A DNA stretch of 63,002 nucleotides, filler included, from Intoshia linei (lineage: Eukaryota; Animalia; Orthonectida), in the NCBI GenBank assembly GCA_001642005.1. It is 6 parts of 6 records of this genome, joined end to end, with 100 filler letters (N's around TTAATTAATTAA, not from the genome) between each part and the next. Parts side by side here need not be neighbours in the genome. Positions count along the whole stretch, not along the records: positions 1 to 30,995 come from LWCA01000349.1; positions 31,096 to 38,214 come from LWCA01001595.1; positions 38,315 to 43,457 come from LWCA01001825.1; 3 more parts are not named here. One strand, written 5' to 3'. The notes under the pieces were generated by a model. It worked only from the letters and a program-made list of their open reading frames with translations, did no database searches and was not told the origin of the DNA. Below are positions 26,506 to 42,000 of the stretch, one piece after another. Numbering within the stretch: the stretch's first letter is position 1; each line of letters starts with the position of its first letter. A program made the position numbers and the translations under genes.

Positions 26506-29500
26506 ATGAACACAGTTTTTTCGGATGACTATAATTACACTTCAGGGGAACGTGCTGAACTATATTTGAAGTATATCTATAATTCCAAAAAGGTTACTTT
26601 ATCATTATAAAATTGTGAAGGAATGTTTGTATTTGCATACATTATATAACGGGTCGGCAACCTTTTGCGTTTTGTGTGCCACTTTTTTATATTAAAAAAT
26701 TCTACTGGCCCGTTTTTGAAAATTTACACATGATACATTTCAATTGTAACTGAAGTGAAATGGTTCTAGTATATTCAAAAAAATAATACCCAGGGCGATC
26801 TGAAAATTCAGAATTAAAATGATTATAATGAGTCAATTATAATAGAAAATGCTTAAAACGGTGTTTAAAAGGTGAAAAATTTAAAAATAAATAATTTCTT
26901 ATTTACTCAAAAGGTCATCAAAATTATTCTGTGGGCCACTGGTTGCCGACCCCTGCTATATATTATACATTACAATTTAGTGTTTTTAGACCATTTCAGT
27001 CTTGAGAACCATAAAATAAAAATATTATTTTGCGTAACACTAATCGGCTCTTTTTTTCATAATCAATCAAATTTTTTAATAATAATAATAAATAAATAAT
27101 AAATAAAATGAAAAATAAGGTAAATATTATCAATCTTTACTACGAATCTCATTATTCTGTAAAATTACATTTTCTGTAGCAGAATTTTCAAATTTTAATT
27201 GTCTGTACGTGTGTTAAACCAATGAAATCGTTTTTGGTAACGTAAAGGCGAGTTTTTTATCCCTAATAATTTATAATTATTAATTAATATAATTTGCGTT
27301 ATAACTACATGTATATCAATGAATTTTAATGCTAAAAACGAATAATATAAAAATATTTATATAATTTAGTTGATTAATTTCAACACAAAATCAAAACAAT
27401 GTCGTTTTGTGGCAAATGAATATTCCTTTGAGATAATATTGGACTTGTCTCCATCATCAGCATATTCGGTACATTTTTTTACAAATTTGATAATATTATA
27501 TACTGACAATTCATTATGTCCATTATTTTATACACTGTAGGACCTAAACTTTAGGTTACATTTAACTTGAATTGGATTTAAATTGAATTTTTTGTTTTTT
27601 AAAAGGACATACAATCAAGGTTATTAACCATAAGTTAAGTAAGGAAGAGTCGGTCAAAGTAAAATAATAAAAATGATGCATTATTTGATATTTTCAATTT
27701 TATTATTAAATTTTGTATTTTATTTCATTTCTAGTTGAATAATTCTTCAACGCCATATGCCATGGAAAGCTATACTAGGTTAATGGTATTGCTGGACAAT
27801 ATTATTGAATATTTAAATGACACGGTTAAATTTATATTTTTTTTAACTTATATTAATATTAGAAAAATCGAAATAAAAAATGTTGGATAATTGTTATCGC
27901 TTTTACTAAAATCATTGGTACAAATACCTTTAGGCATGTAAATTAAATAATATATTTCATATTTAATACAGTAATTTTAGCTATTGTGCGAAAAGTCTGA
28001 AATTACCAACGATTCTTTACCTCGAATAAAAAAACATTTACAGACTAGATTTGACAATTTATATAGTCACATCGATTTCGATTATGATGTAATATTTATA
28101 AAGAACTAGCTTGACTGTTATGTACTTCGTACAAGAAGCAGCTAGCTCTGCTGAGGGCCAATTTTTTAATTAGCTCTATAGAACATTAGTGTATAATTTT
28201 GAAACTATACAAACATTAGTTATTATTAATCACTTATTATATATTTTTTTATTATAAAATTGATTTTTTTCAAAATTTTAAGACATTTCATTTATTGACA
28301 AAATGGTAATCTGGGGTTTTGATCGTAAAACGGAGGAGTTTTTTTTAAGTTGCGAATTGCAACTTGCGATTTATGATAACTCTAATGATTTTAAAAGCTA
28401 TGTCAGAATTTATGTTGTATAAAATTATAATACTGTTTTGATTTTTATTAAAAGGGTAATTTGGGGTTTAGACCATGACGATTTAAGTTTCTCTAGTTGT
28501 AGATTTACTACAATGTTAATGATTTTAAAACGCGTCCCAGAATATATTATTTTGTTAACATTCTAGGACTCGTTTTTTAAATAAATGGTGACATACCGAC
28601 ATTAATTTTTATATGAGTAAAGGATTGGTATAATCGTCCAACTATGTTTACTATTATATAATAATATTTAAAAATTTAAAATATTTTTATTTTTGGATGA
28701 GTATAGTTATTTTTTCAGAATTTGTATGAATGTTTTAGATGATGCAAGATATGTATGAATTAAATATGATTATGTTTTTAAAAAAGGGATATGGTATATT
28801 GGCGTTGTTTGGAACAAACGAGTCTAGAAAGCGTATATTTTATTTATATATATTTAATATATATTATATATTAATAATAAATAATTAATATTATTTGAAC
28901 GTGTAAATACATACATACAAATGTACATTTAAGACAATGTTTAATTTATCGTATTAATTAATATTTAATTTTAGATTTGTTTATTATAACGTTAGGATTT
29001 GTATCAGTCTACAATATCAAAATATTAGATTCTCTTTTATACAAATATCGATCATCAAGTATTTCGGTTTCTCTATTGATGGTTGAATGTAAAAAAAGAT
29101 ATGTTCCTGAACTAAATTTTTATAATGAACTCTGTGAATATATAGCTTTTTATACTCGAGGAATTTTTAGTTATTCAAACGTAATTTTATATACATATAT
29201 ACAATTATATATCATACTTGGTATATTATGCAAGATATTCTTAAATCCTGGATTCTGTGTGAGACTTCCAGGACTGCTAAAAATTTTTTGTAATAATTTA
29301 CCGATATTGAAACACTAGTACCAGTGTTATTAATAATTTATTAACACTTATATTAATAAAATAATTATAGTATACTAGGTTGACTGTTATATAATACGTA
29401 CAAACAGCACCTAGCTCTGACGAGGGCACATTTTTATTCTACCAAAAAAATGAATCCACGTTGAAAATCTAACTTAAAAATCCTACTGTTCACTATTATC

Positions 29501-31490
29501 AATCCTTTATAGCAGTGGTTCCCACACTTGTTTCTGATGGAACCGTCATATCACATTACTTTTTACTTTAAAGTGAATGATTCCATCTTAATTTTTTGTT
29601 TTTTTAACATTTGCGTAAAGAATTTTATAAACAATTGTTATCTCATTTTTTTAATTTACTAGACAGAATGTGTCTTAAAAATCCTAAAAATCCTAAAAAT
29701 TTTCATAATTAATTAAAGGTAATTTGTGGTTTTGGCCCTGAAGAAATATTTTTTTTAAATTGAGATTTATGATAATATTTATGATTTTAAAATTCTTATC
29801 GAGTGTATATTTTTTAAATTCTCGAACTCTTTTGATTTTCAAAAAAAAGGACAATTGAAATTTTTAACCCGTAAGAAACTGTAATTGAAATTTGAACTTT
29901 ATAAAATAAGATTGGTAGTTATTGAAATAAACGGTAACACACACATAAACAAATTAAATTAAGAAATGTGATGGTTTTGTTATTATTTTGAGGGTTACTT
30001 CATGGTTTTAAATATTATCAAAAATTAAAACTTGATTTACTCGAAATTTAAATTTATTTTTATACTTATTTTTTTTTAATTTAGACTAAGGTATTACATT
30101 GTATTATATTTATATTTATTTATGTACTATTTATTTATTATTAACATTTTTATTGTAAATACATTTATAAAATTAATAATATATATTTTATATAATTTTT
30201 AGAAAAAAATTGATGTTAAAAACATATTTGAATGGCAAATTATTCATAATAGGTACATTCATGTATATCAGCGTTTCTCAACCTTATTACTCTTACGGGC
30301 TGATGAAATTTTAAAAATATTTTGACGACCGGTGAAAAGTGGAAACTAAATTAAATTTTAAATTTGTCGTTTCCAACGCAGGGTAAATCGTTACTTATTT
30401 GTTCTAAACTAGGCTGCACAACCTGCGCCCGTGTACAATCCATGTGATCATAATGCAATACAGTCAATTACCAGAGATGAACGTCTTCAGAAATGAACAT
30501 TTTTATATTGAAAATTATTTTTTTGATTTAAACAAAAATACATAATAAAAATTGAAAATATCTCTGTTCAAGGACAGCTTAAACCTTTAAGCTGTCCTTG
30601 CTCTGTTAGAAAAAATTTTCAAGTCGACAAAAAATAGGCCATCGGAAAATATAAAGTAATAATTATCATTCAGAAAAAAATAAAATATTAGAATATTATC
30701 ACGTAAAATCATAAAAAATATTAAACTTGTAAATAAATATAAAATCACAGTTGGTAGTTTAATTTCTTTAATTTAAATTTAAGTTTAATTTTTTATATGG
30801 TAAAGAAGTTAAGAAATCAATAAACAATGTACAGTGGGCGACATAAGTCTTAGGCACCCCATTGTAATTAATTTAAATACTCCTGGTTCATGATATAAGA
30901 TATTTTCTTATGTCATATCTAGTGTATGATCAAGAACAAACATTTAACAACCCTAAAAAAGTAAAAACTATAAAAATTTTTTAATAATTAATGAANNNNN
31001 NNNNNNNNNNNNNNNNNNNNNNNNNNNNNNNNNNNNNNNTTAATTAATTAANNNNNNNNNNNNNNNNNNNNNNNNNNNNNNNNNNNNNNNNNNNNAAGTT
31101 AGATTTTCAACGTGAATTTATTTTTTTGGTATAATAAAAATGTGCCCTCCGTAGATCTATGTGCTGTTTGTACGTAGTACAAAACTGCCAAGCTAGTTAT
31201 ATATATAAAATGTTTTGAATAAATCTTTATATTGTTTCGTTGTTATATACCACGTTATAGTACTTAAAGTAATTTTTAAAAATTAAGTAAAAGTACAAAA
31301 AAGTTGAACACACTGGTTTGTACGTAATACATAACAGATATATCTATATAAATAGTCAGCCTAGTATATTATAATATTATTTTTAACCTTATTTAGAAAT
31401 AATTTTCAAAATAAAGATGGTACTAGTAGAAATTTGAAAATTTACAAAATGATTAATCGTACAGGTCGATATAATTTTAAGATGATATAA
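26506..31490 (+). CDS. SZT2-like protein (KICSTOR subunit), N-terminal region, multi-exon; 3' extent uncertain
   Basis: Exon translations DYNYTSGERAELYL (26506-26592), RFVANEYSFEIILDLSPSS (~27371-27469) and FIITLGFVSVYNIKILDSLLYKYRSSSISVSLLMV...ELCEYIAFYTRG (~28977-29180) resemble recalled human SZT2 segments in the same order. Confidence 0.6.
26648..26955. mobile_element. hAT MITE (CAGGGGTCGGCAACC family), copy 1
   Basis: TIRs ...gggtcggcaacc / ggttgccgacccctg. Internal sequence similar to the copies at 46281 and 59321. Confidence 0.75.
28106..28624 (-). mobile_element. Non-autonomous Helitron copy
   Basis: Reverse-complement CTAG end with the gtacttcgtac hairpin; 5' end ...gagtaaagga|t. 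Confidence 0.65.
29375..29960 (-). mobile_element. Non-autonomous Helitron copy (partial, with an internal insertion)
   Basis: ctaggttgactgtta...cgtacaaacagcacctagctctg end and the shared internal ggccctgaaga motif. Confidence 0.6.
30996..31095. other. Assembly gap with artificial linker (same pattern at 38215-38314, 43458-43557, 56839-56938, 60840-60939)
   Basis: N run + TTAATTAATTAA + N run, 100 nt each, identical five times. Confidence 0.97.
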
Positions 31491-33808
31491 ATTATTCAAT
31501 CAAACGAAATGTATCAATTAGAGTCATTGTTAATAAACCAATAATTAATTTATATTAAATTTATTTCATGTATATTTTTTATCCATTCAAAGACTATGGT
31601 TCCAACCTTTTCGTTACAAGTCTTCATCTTGACTAATATAATTTTGAAGTAAACTTTTTATGTTGTTATATTTTAATTATCTGTCGTTGCATAAAGTGTA
31701 ATATTTGCGTCATTTCGTACATTTAATATAACAGATAATATCTTATGATATCGACAAATGAAAATTCCACAGCTTAGCGCATATTTGGTATCAACAAGCC
31801 GTACCTTTCATGTTTTATTTTATCTTTCATTTCCTATAAAGTGTTAATTTTATATTAATTATAAACATAAATAAATAAATTGTACGTGAATTTTCTCTAA
31901 AATTGCGCCTATTTATTTTTTAACAGGCAATATCCTATTATCATTCGTATTTGAACAAATAAAATTAAAACATATTGCCAATCTTTTCACTCATCAACAT
32001 TTGCACGACTTATCCATCTTATTTATCGGTATAAGAATAATCCATTTCAGGGCAAACAGAGAACCAATCTGGCATTCAAAGGATTTGATATTATAAAAGT
32101 TATATTTTTACTACAATTGTCAAACATTAATCAGAAATTAGGATGTATAATAATAAAGGGAAACCTGAAATCTTTGCTGCAAACTAATCCTTCTCCATTA
32201 GAAAAGTATATCAACTTTTCTACACACTTGTTTACATTCCACAAAAAATTTTTGTGGATGATAAATAAGTATGTAGGAAAATTGATTAGAACAATAAAAT
32301 GGTTAAATTACTACTGTAGTAAATTTAACACCGTTTTATAAATTTGAATAATTCAAACGATATTTTTGCAATTTTTTTGTAAATGAATGAAATTATTATT
32401 TTGCGTTATTGATTGGAGATGTTAATGATTGATTCAGACCATTGTTTATAAATGATATTTGATATTTGCCAAAGTGTTGATATTCTCTGCAAATTTCTAT
32501 GAAATTGATAGTAATGTACTGATGGTAATTCATTTTATGTTTATAGACCAACTGTTTTTAATTAAATGAAATAAAATAGTTAAAATGTGTTATATAAGAA
32601 TTGTTACGATATTAATTAAATATTTTACATGCATTGAGAGTAGTGCTTGCAGTGGCGGATCTAGGATTTTCAGCCAGGGTGGGCGAAATAATTATTAGGG
32701 GACCTAACGCATATAATGTATTTACGTTGGAATTTTTATATTAACATTTTCGGCAATTTCTCTTTGTATAGTGAACAACGTTAAGTCCGATCATTTAACT
32801 TAAACTGATGTTACTTAAAAAATAATAGATATATTAATGATAAATGATCATTATATCAATGTATATTATACATACAACGTAAACGATGCGTCCATGAAAA
32901 TTTTTTTAATTTTTGACAATGTTAATACACAAATTAAAATATTTTAGGGGTACATTTGTCATACAAGGGGGGCTTGGGATGGACCAGATTGTCGTCGTTT
33001 ATGGACAGATTTCAAATCAATATTTTAAATAAAACCGGTATTCCATGTTTTATAAAAGCTCTATTTATTGAATGTTTTATGGTCATTATGTTAGTCTTGA
33101 TGAAAACAGGATGTGTATTTTTATCGCTACATGTTTAATTGACTCCAAGATCAAATTTGAAAAACCATATAAATATGGTTTTTTTATTGAATGGACTAGA
33201 AAATATATTTGATTTTCATTTGCTGACATATTGTATAAATGCTATGTATACCAAATATAAAAGTAATAAAAATAGAAAGTAATGTAGTATTATTTATAAT
33301 AATTATTAAATCTTACATCTATCTGGTATAATCTGGGAATTGTAACCATTCAAACCGTAAGTATTATAGAAATTGCATCGAGTGTAGAATATTGTATGAA
33401 TTCTACTTTTTTTTATTATAAGAAAATAAATTAATACTTTTCAAAACCATTGCGTGCACACGTTTAATAATTTACATCAAAATGGTTATGATTCATAAAA
33501 AAATATAAGAGTTATAATTTAAAAATATTAGAGATGAATAGTTTTTCTAGTAAAACAGTGTCGGTAGGCATGCGTCTTACCGTAATACCTCAACTTAAAC
33601 TTTAACTATTTTGAAACTACAATATTGTACATTAATGTATATTCGACCATAAAATGTTATTTTGATACACTATGCATATCTACTAAATTGAGACAAATGT
33701 AGTGCATAGAGAAAATGTTTTTTTGTTGATTAAGAAATGCAATGTGTAATATACAATATACCGAGTTTCTGAGCAACTTTCATCAACATTATAATTAGAC
33801 TTTAAATC

Positions 33809-36604
33809 ATGACAGCAGGATCGGTACATGTTCCAACAATCCTCCCATTACGAAATCCCAATTCTTTGTTTCCTAAATTTGTTATTGATACAAATACAAG
33901 AATTGCTTTAAAAACTGGTTAGTTTTTGTTACAATTCATAATTATCATATTAAGATACACCCAATACAAATATTTATTACACTGTTAATGGTTTTAATCC
34001 ACAAATTTTTGATATTTACTCTCAAGAAGCAAAAAATACAGTAATTTTTTAAATTCGTTTATAATTTATAAACCTTTTGTACATTGATTTTTATTTTTCA
34101 AATATTTAGTATCTATATGTTGAACCTTTTACACTGCAAGAAGGTAAAATATTGATTAAGGCTGTAGCTATTGAAAAGTATGATCATTTAAATTTTGGAA
34201 TTATAATAATGATAGAAATGATAAAGTACAAAGCAATACCGTTACGAAAAAATTTCATGTTATCGCTGCCCCTTCCGGAGAAGATATGATCAATATTACT
34301 AAAACTGAAAATAAACTTATAGTTAACGTAAATTAAAAAATACGTACTAATTAGAAAATTAAATTTATCATTTAGCCATCACGAAAAAATTTGATCAAAA
34401 TAACAAGAAATATGGTGTCTTGTGTTGAAGCTTGGAGAGATTTAAATCAAACCATGATTGATAAGGAATATATAAACGTTAATTTTATAAACATTGATAT
34501 TTGTATGTGAATGAAAAGAGAGGCTAAACTGGCTAAACATGTCGAGCTAAGATTTATAAAGTCAATATTTTTAGTTATACATCCATGCACTTTTAATTTT
34601 TTTATATTTACGTGATGTAAATAAAAAGTTTCACAAAATAGTCAATATTTTAACCTTTGAACTAAAAAGGTTCCCAGCCTTGTGATATCATATTATTCGA
34701 GATAAATATTAATAGTAAATATTTGACTTGTCTGTTGACACTTTTACCACTTCCATGAATGCGTTGATTAAAAACATTATTAAACAACTTAAAACATTAA
34801 CGCTATGCGTCAAATGTGATAAACGTTGAATTCTCACCCAGATCCGAACCTACCATATCCTGGTACCCTCATTAGGGCATTAACGAAATTTTAAAAAAAT
34901 ATGTTGTTGAATATTAACTATTTGTATGTCAAATTAAAAAAAAAAAATATATAAAATAATAATAATATATATAAATTATAATATCAAAGCCCAACTCGTG
35001 CAAAGATACATAGAGCTATATGGTATTACGCAGCGTTAGCTAAATAATTTTTAAGGTCTACATTTAAGTTTACAGGTCTACAGGTTTATTTTTAATTATC
35101 GGGTTTCGAGCATATATTATTTAATATTCTTTAATTTTTATTAGTTTTGTTCCATTTTGATAATTTAATTAGACTGATGAAAAATCTACGCTGGATTTTA
35201 ATAAAACAAAAGATTTTGTAGAAAACTCATATTCTTATTACAAAACGTATATTTTTATAAACGTAATAAATGTATGATTAAAAAACTTTTGTAGAAATGA
35301 TTACGACTACAACACAAATGTTGATAATAGGCAAATGCTGGCTGACAATGATAAAAATTTACAAAATGTATATTATTTTACATGTAAAATTTTAATTTTA
35401 ATTTATTTCAGATTACACGTTGTGATGAATGTTTTGCAATAGTTTCTACAAATACTATGAAATGTCTAGTCTGTGAAAAAATTATTCATGATAATTATAC
35501 TAAAGAACAAGATAATCATATTTGTGTAAATTGTGGTGCAGTTAATCCCATCACTGTTAGTTCTTGTCTTATATGTGAAGAAAAAATTTTAAAAAAAAGG
35601 GTACATTTGTACATTATCTATGTTAGGGTGTCATATGTTTTGCAAAATGTGTCAATTTATTTGGCATTTGTGTATGTAATGCCTATTCGAGTTGCGCGCA
35701 CCATTTTAAAATTCTGATACAAAAATATGCTATACATATGATGTACATAATATTTATTACATACATATTATAAAGATGATTGTTTCCATTTACTTGTTTA
35801 TTTGAGTATTAGATATTTAACTGACACCACTAGAGTATATTTTCTAGTTTCCGTCGATTTCCGGATTTCAAAACCTATTAAACCAGCGAGACTATTTGTA
35901 TCACGAACAAACAGTATCCAGATCTGCCTAGGGTTGATAGTTCCATATATGTTTTTTATTGTAAAAATCATTATATATATTTTTTAAATAGGCAAATATT
36001 TGTTAAATGTGAACAATGTTCACTGAACATTTTGTTACGTGTAAGTTTTACCCTATTTGAATATAAAATACCAAAAATGAAAAAGCGACCCACAGAAAAA
36101 TATTTTTAAGTGTAATTTAAATTTATCAATGGCTCTCAAAAATAAGGTCCAACGAAAAATGATTATATTTCAATCTAATTAAACTCTAAAATGTACACAT
36201 CCTGTTACACATAATCTTGGCCCTGTGAGATAGCGAATAAAGAAGCGTGTAGAGTCAGCAATAGGACCGGAACAGAGGGAATTTGTAGACCCTAAAAATT
36301 TTTTTAAAATTGGGACATCTATACATTGTTCAATCGATCGTTTATTGCATAAAAACTGAAAATAACAGTTGGACATCGTATAGGTAAACACAATTAAGAC
36401 ATATTTAAGAAATTTTCCAACATTACTTACATACAACATGGCACTGGGCACCTGTAGTTTTTTTGATGATTATTTAATTGTATTATTTAACAGAAAGAAT
36501 TGTATCCATGTAAAACAGTCAAGCCAATAGATCGAATAAACTGTGTTTCTTGTAATAGAACTTTGAATATATCAGCAAAATATTGTGATTGGTGTGGAAT
36601 TGAG
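33809..36604 (+). CDS. DZANK1: Double zinc ribbon and ankyrin repeat protein 1, 5' portion (3' end not found; a Tc1 insertion and a gap follow)
   Basis: MTAGSVHVPTILPLRNP...IDTNTRIALKT|DTPNTNIYYTVNG..P matches the recalled DZANK1 N-terminus. Repeated CxxC zinc-ribbon exons at ~35412-35600, 35991-36040 and 36493-36604. Confidence 0.85.
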
Positions 36605-36641
36605 GTTCATATTTATTTTTAAAAAGTACATTAATAATGTA

Positions 36642-37360
36642 CAGTGTTGATCATAAGATTATAATAATTGCTTTTTACATATTCTGTGGTTACTAATTCA
36701 CTAATGAGTAGATGAAATTAAATAAAATTTTGAAAATAAGTTATACATATATTTATGTTTAATTGAAATTAATGAATATTTTGTAACACCTCCTTTAGCA
36801 TATATGAGAGCCATAATTCTCCGTGGCATACTATTAATACAGTCTTTTGCCAGTTTTTTCAAATTAGGAGAATTGTTCCATACTGTATGTAGTCTAATAA
36901 TCAGTTGCGATTTTGATGTTATTGAAATTGTATGAACTTCCTATTTCAATTGTGCCCACACATTTTCGATTTGGTTCATATCTGCGGAATTTCCGGACCA
37001 TTCAAGAACGGTAATCCCTTCATTTTAGAAATATGAAGTTACATATTTGGCTTTGTGACATGGAGCGGAATCATATGGGAATATATACTCCTGATCAATG
37101 TGCCGTTGTGTCATTTCATCAAAAAAATTGTTTAATACATTTTTATAGGTATGCTGGTTCATTATACCTTCACAAATCTGTAATTCACCCATTCCCACAA
37201 AAGATATAGTCCCAAACCATTACTTTTTGTTGGAAATTTTACTATTTGTATGATGCATTCTGGCCTTGATGATTCGCATAATCTTCTGTATTTTCATTTT
37301 TACATTTTTACATTGGTTGCCCATCACACAAATCATTGATTCGTCCGAAAAAATAACCTA
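36642..37360 (-). mobile_element. Tc1-like transposon, decayed
   Basis: TA|CAGTG terminus. Transposase motifs IFSDES, DSAPCHKAK and WSGNSADMNQIENVWAQLK. Confidence 0.85.
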
Positions 37361-39068
37361 AATAAATTTTTAATTTATCTTATTCAAATTAAAAGTTAAA
37401 ATAATCTTACGAGACAATCAAAATTTCATCAACACTTAAGGAAAAAATCCCTTTTTACCACTATTTTTTGAAAAATCCGATTTTACCAAACTTTTAGATC
37501 AAAAATGCCTCTATCTGATCCCAAAAGAAAAAACCTAATTTTACCATACCTTAAGGAAAAAACCAGCTTTTACCAATATTTTTCTGAAAAGTCTTTAAAT
37601 CGTTTTAATTTTACTAAAAATTAATATTTTAAAATAGTAATAAATTTAGATGAAAAATAATTCAAATTGTTCAGAAGGCCGCACTTTCCCCACATCTTCT
37701 CTAGTTTATCACCAATTTTTGCATAAATGTGTCATAATATTGTACACCTAACGTTTCTTTTCAAAAATTTATCTGTTTAATTTCCACCCATTTAGTTTTG
37801 TTACATGTATTGAAAATTTTTAATTTTTATAAACACTATTCCTTAAAAACCCGACAAACATTTCATTTGTTAAATGGGACGTTTATTCTCTGGAGCGACA
37901 TTCGATTGAGCGACATAATCATGGATTTTACTAATTTATCATATCATTGATTTTCCTAGTGTTTTTAAGATAATATTTTTTTCACCCAATTTTTAAAGAT
38001 TTTGAAGAAACCACAAAAATATTGTCAAAAAATAAATATTATCATTCATTAACAAAATCGAAGATTATGTCGCTCTAAATCAGGGGTACACCACCTTTCC
38101 ACCAATTCAGCCAACATGCTATTTTTCTCATTGATACTACGGCCGCACAAAATTTACTTCGAAATTGAGAAAGTTTACTCTGGACCTAAATTTTAGGTCT
38201 AATAAAATAGTTTTNNNNNNNNNNNNNNNNNNNNNNNNNNNNNNNNNNNNNNNNNNNNTTAATTAATTAANNNNNNNNNNNNNNNNNNNNNNNNNNNNNN
38301 NNNNNNNNNNNNNNTGGTAATTACCTAAAATTATATATGATGAGAAATAGGCAAGTATGTATTAACTTATGAAATTTTTGGAAAAATCGAAGCCAAAAAA
38401 TTGGAAAAATTTGTCTGGGAGTATATGGGTTAATGATACTGTTATTTTGTTATGATTTAGACATATTTATATACTTATAATATGTTATACTGTCTAATCT
38501 GTATATAATGAAACCTAAATGTCAGATTTTTGGTAGATTAATTATTGAATATTACGGTGGTTTAATGAACACTTTTAAAAATCTGATTAATTATAATAAT
38601 TAAGTTTGTTTTACATTAATATACATGAATTTATTTTTTTAAAATTATAGGACTTTTTTCATTCTTTCATTATCAATGTATAATTTATTGGTAAATACTT
38701 TAAATATCATTTTTTCATTCCTTGGCCCGCGTTATAGTATTATAAATAAATAAATATTTTTATTTTTTCATATTTTTTACACATTCATTATTTAAAAATC
38801 GTTAAACATAATGAATTTAGCAGAAATTTATTATAAGGTTTCAATTTTGTGGGGATATTAAATTTTAATTTAACTTTTTACCCCACTTTGTTGCGCAGTG
38901 ATATATAAACATAAAAAATTATACATAAAAAATTTGTTAGGACACCACATGCAAATATTTGTTATAAATTATTGTGGGGCATAGAAATTTCGTAAGGATA
39001 AAAGTGGGGCACTTAAAAGGTTGGGAACATTGGGTATACCAATTATATATCATTTATTATTTGTGTAG

Positions 39069-42000
39069 AATAATCTTATTCACAACATCAATGAATTTTA
39101 ATTTATCTCAAAATATCAAGAATAAAGTCGATATTATTAATTTCAGTGGATCTTACTCTGCTCTTAAAAAGAAATTTTTATGTCAAATAATAAAAATAAT
39201 TCTGCCAAAGATAGAAAACGAAAAAAATATTCTAACTTTATCAACAGAAAAGGATAATGAATTATTATCAAGCGTTCAAAAACAAAATTTGAATTATCTA
39301 CAGGATTATCAAGGTAATATTTTTGATTTGCGAAAATTTTTTTTAAAATTCGTTATTAATAAGTTAATATCTGTTAAAATAAATGAACCTCAAACCATTT
39401 AATGTCGATCGAAAAGAAATAACCCTAAGACAATTCAAGTTTGGTACAAACATTTTTTTTCTGTATGAAATAACTACTAACAAACTATAGAATTCTTTCT
39501 AAAAAATCTATTATTGCCCCAAAGCATACATTTATTTAAAAAATTATATTAGTTTATTGTATATTGAATTGATAACGTCTATTATTATCTGGTTGACGTC
39601 ACTTTTAAATACACATTGTGTATTCACAATTATCTTGACTCTTATTAAAATGGTTTCCAAAGGTGATGTTAAAAAAAAATTTATGATGCGACCCACCTGA
39701 AAAATTTTCACAATAATGCGGCCCGTTACGTATTTCAGATTGATATGGCTGCATTAGATTCTACATATATGTGAAATTACTCTTTATGATTTTACGCGTG
39801 AAGAAAATATTTAGATGATTTGTTTGAATTAGCGGTGCTCAAATGCAACCTTACAGAAAAATATGAAAAATATAAAATTGATCTAAAAACTAAAAAATTA
39901 ACATATTCATTATACTTTGGTAGTCTTCCACAGATATTAAAATTATGCAAAAAATTTACTATTAAAATATCGATCGTGGTAAAAAAATTTGGATTTATTT
40001 TAAAAATATATTTATGCAAAATTTTTAACTAACAATTTATAATTTAGAAAAACTTTTGGATAGCGCTGAAATAGTTGATTCATTTGAAAAATCTAAAAAG
40101 ATATCAGATGAAATTAATGAAAGATTAAGGGAGTTAAAAATACAAGAAACTAAAGTTGACTTACCTAAAAATGTATTTAAGGACCTTGCTTCTCTTTTAG
40201 CTATTGTTTATAAAGTTATAATTAATCTTAAAAAATTGGATGATCTATATCTGTTTACTTTTGATGATATTAATCTGCTCATAGAAAAAAGGATAAGAAT
40301 TTTTTTTGGTAAAACTGAATACTATAATCGTAGATTGGGATTGTCTATAAGACTTTCTGATATAGAAAAACAAAATTTAAAAAATTTGCATTTCAGTAAT
40401 ATTCACCAAACATCACATCAATGGAACGAAATCAATGATATTTCACTTGATCAATATTTGCAGCATTTTCAAGATTATTGTAATGATTTATACACTATAT
40501 TGTATGAGATGCCCGAATCCAATTTACAAATTACTAAAATGGAACAAATGAAACAAACACTAATGGATTTTGAAGTTGAAATTGTTAAATACCTGTATTC
40601 TAATATTGGAGTAGCTTTAAAATATGAACATCAAATAATATTCGCTTTGTTACTTGTTGTAAGCATAAATATCAAAAAATACGCATCTTGTCAAGAATTT
40701 GAATCTAGCAAAATTTGTATTAATGAGTGGCATTTATTTTTAAAGTTGATAAATTCCGAAATTGATGCATCTAAGGATAATCTTCATGATATTCCAAACG
40801 TGGATAAAAATCAATTTTTAATGCAATTTATAATGAAATACGAGAAAATGAAATTATCCCATGATACTGTATTGATAACTCAATTTAATTTATTTATTAA
40901 TAATAAGAAACCATACAAATATTTAATGGATTTAAATGAAAAAAGCTTTCAAGGAATTTTTTATGAATTAACATACTTTCAAATGCTTATATTAATTATG
41001 ATATTTCGAAAAGATAAACTATTGGATTCGATTATTCTATTTTGTCAACTTAATCTATCTTTCGATATACTAGAAAGCGTTAGAATTAATTCAATTAATG
41101 AAATATATGAAATTTCAGATTCTAAACACCCTATACTCTTTATTGAAGAAAAAGGAATAGACTTATCAACAGATTTAATAGAATTTGCAAAACGGTTCAG
41201 ATCATCAAGTAGTCATTTGGAAATAATATCTATAGGAGCAGTAAATGTTAATAACATAATTAATAATATAAACAAAGCCGAACAAATGAAAGGGCGTTGG
41301 ATTTTTATACAAAATAGTCATTTGGCGCCTGAATTATTAAATAATTTTACTGAAATAATTAAACGTTACAAAAAGAAAAATTATAAGGTTGATAGAAATT
41401 ATAGATTATGGTTAAGTATCAAACCGCATGGAAAAATTCCTAATGAATTGTTATCTATATGTTACAAAATATATATACAACAACATAAAAATTTTAAATA
41501 TATATTGAATGATACATTTCTAAACTGTGTAAATAAAGAAACATTTAATTCAAATAAATCAAAAGATTATAAAATTAAAATATATTCTATTTGTTTGACT
41601 CATTCAATTTTTTCTTGTAGGAATTACTTGAACAATAAAAATTATAATATGTATAATTTAAGTAAATCTGATGTAACAATGTCGATTCAACAGATTTGCT
41701 CAAACAATTTAATTACCAACAAAATTGATGATGATAGTGATTGGATAAAAATAAGGAATATAATGTCAGATGTTATATATGGTACTAAAGTCACGAGTTA
41801 TTTAGAAAGAAAAAAAATTGGGTATGTTATTGATGAATATACAACCAAAAAAATTTATACAGATACTATAATAAATAATCTTTATCATTTCATACCAGTC
41901 AATATTGAAAAATGTTCATATTCCAATATTATTCAGTTTATATCAAATTTGAACTGTATTGATTACCATCAATTAATGAATATAGAAACTCATAGTTTTC

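Noticed and set aside
31750-32560. Possible decayed transposase on the minus strand
   Set aside because: Only a weak RWISR-like motif among many stops; insufficient.
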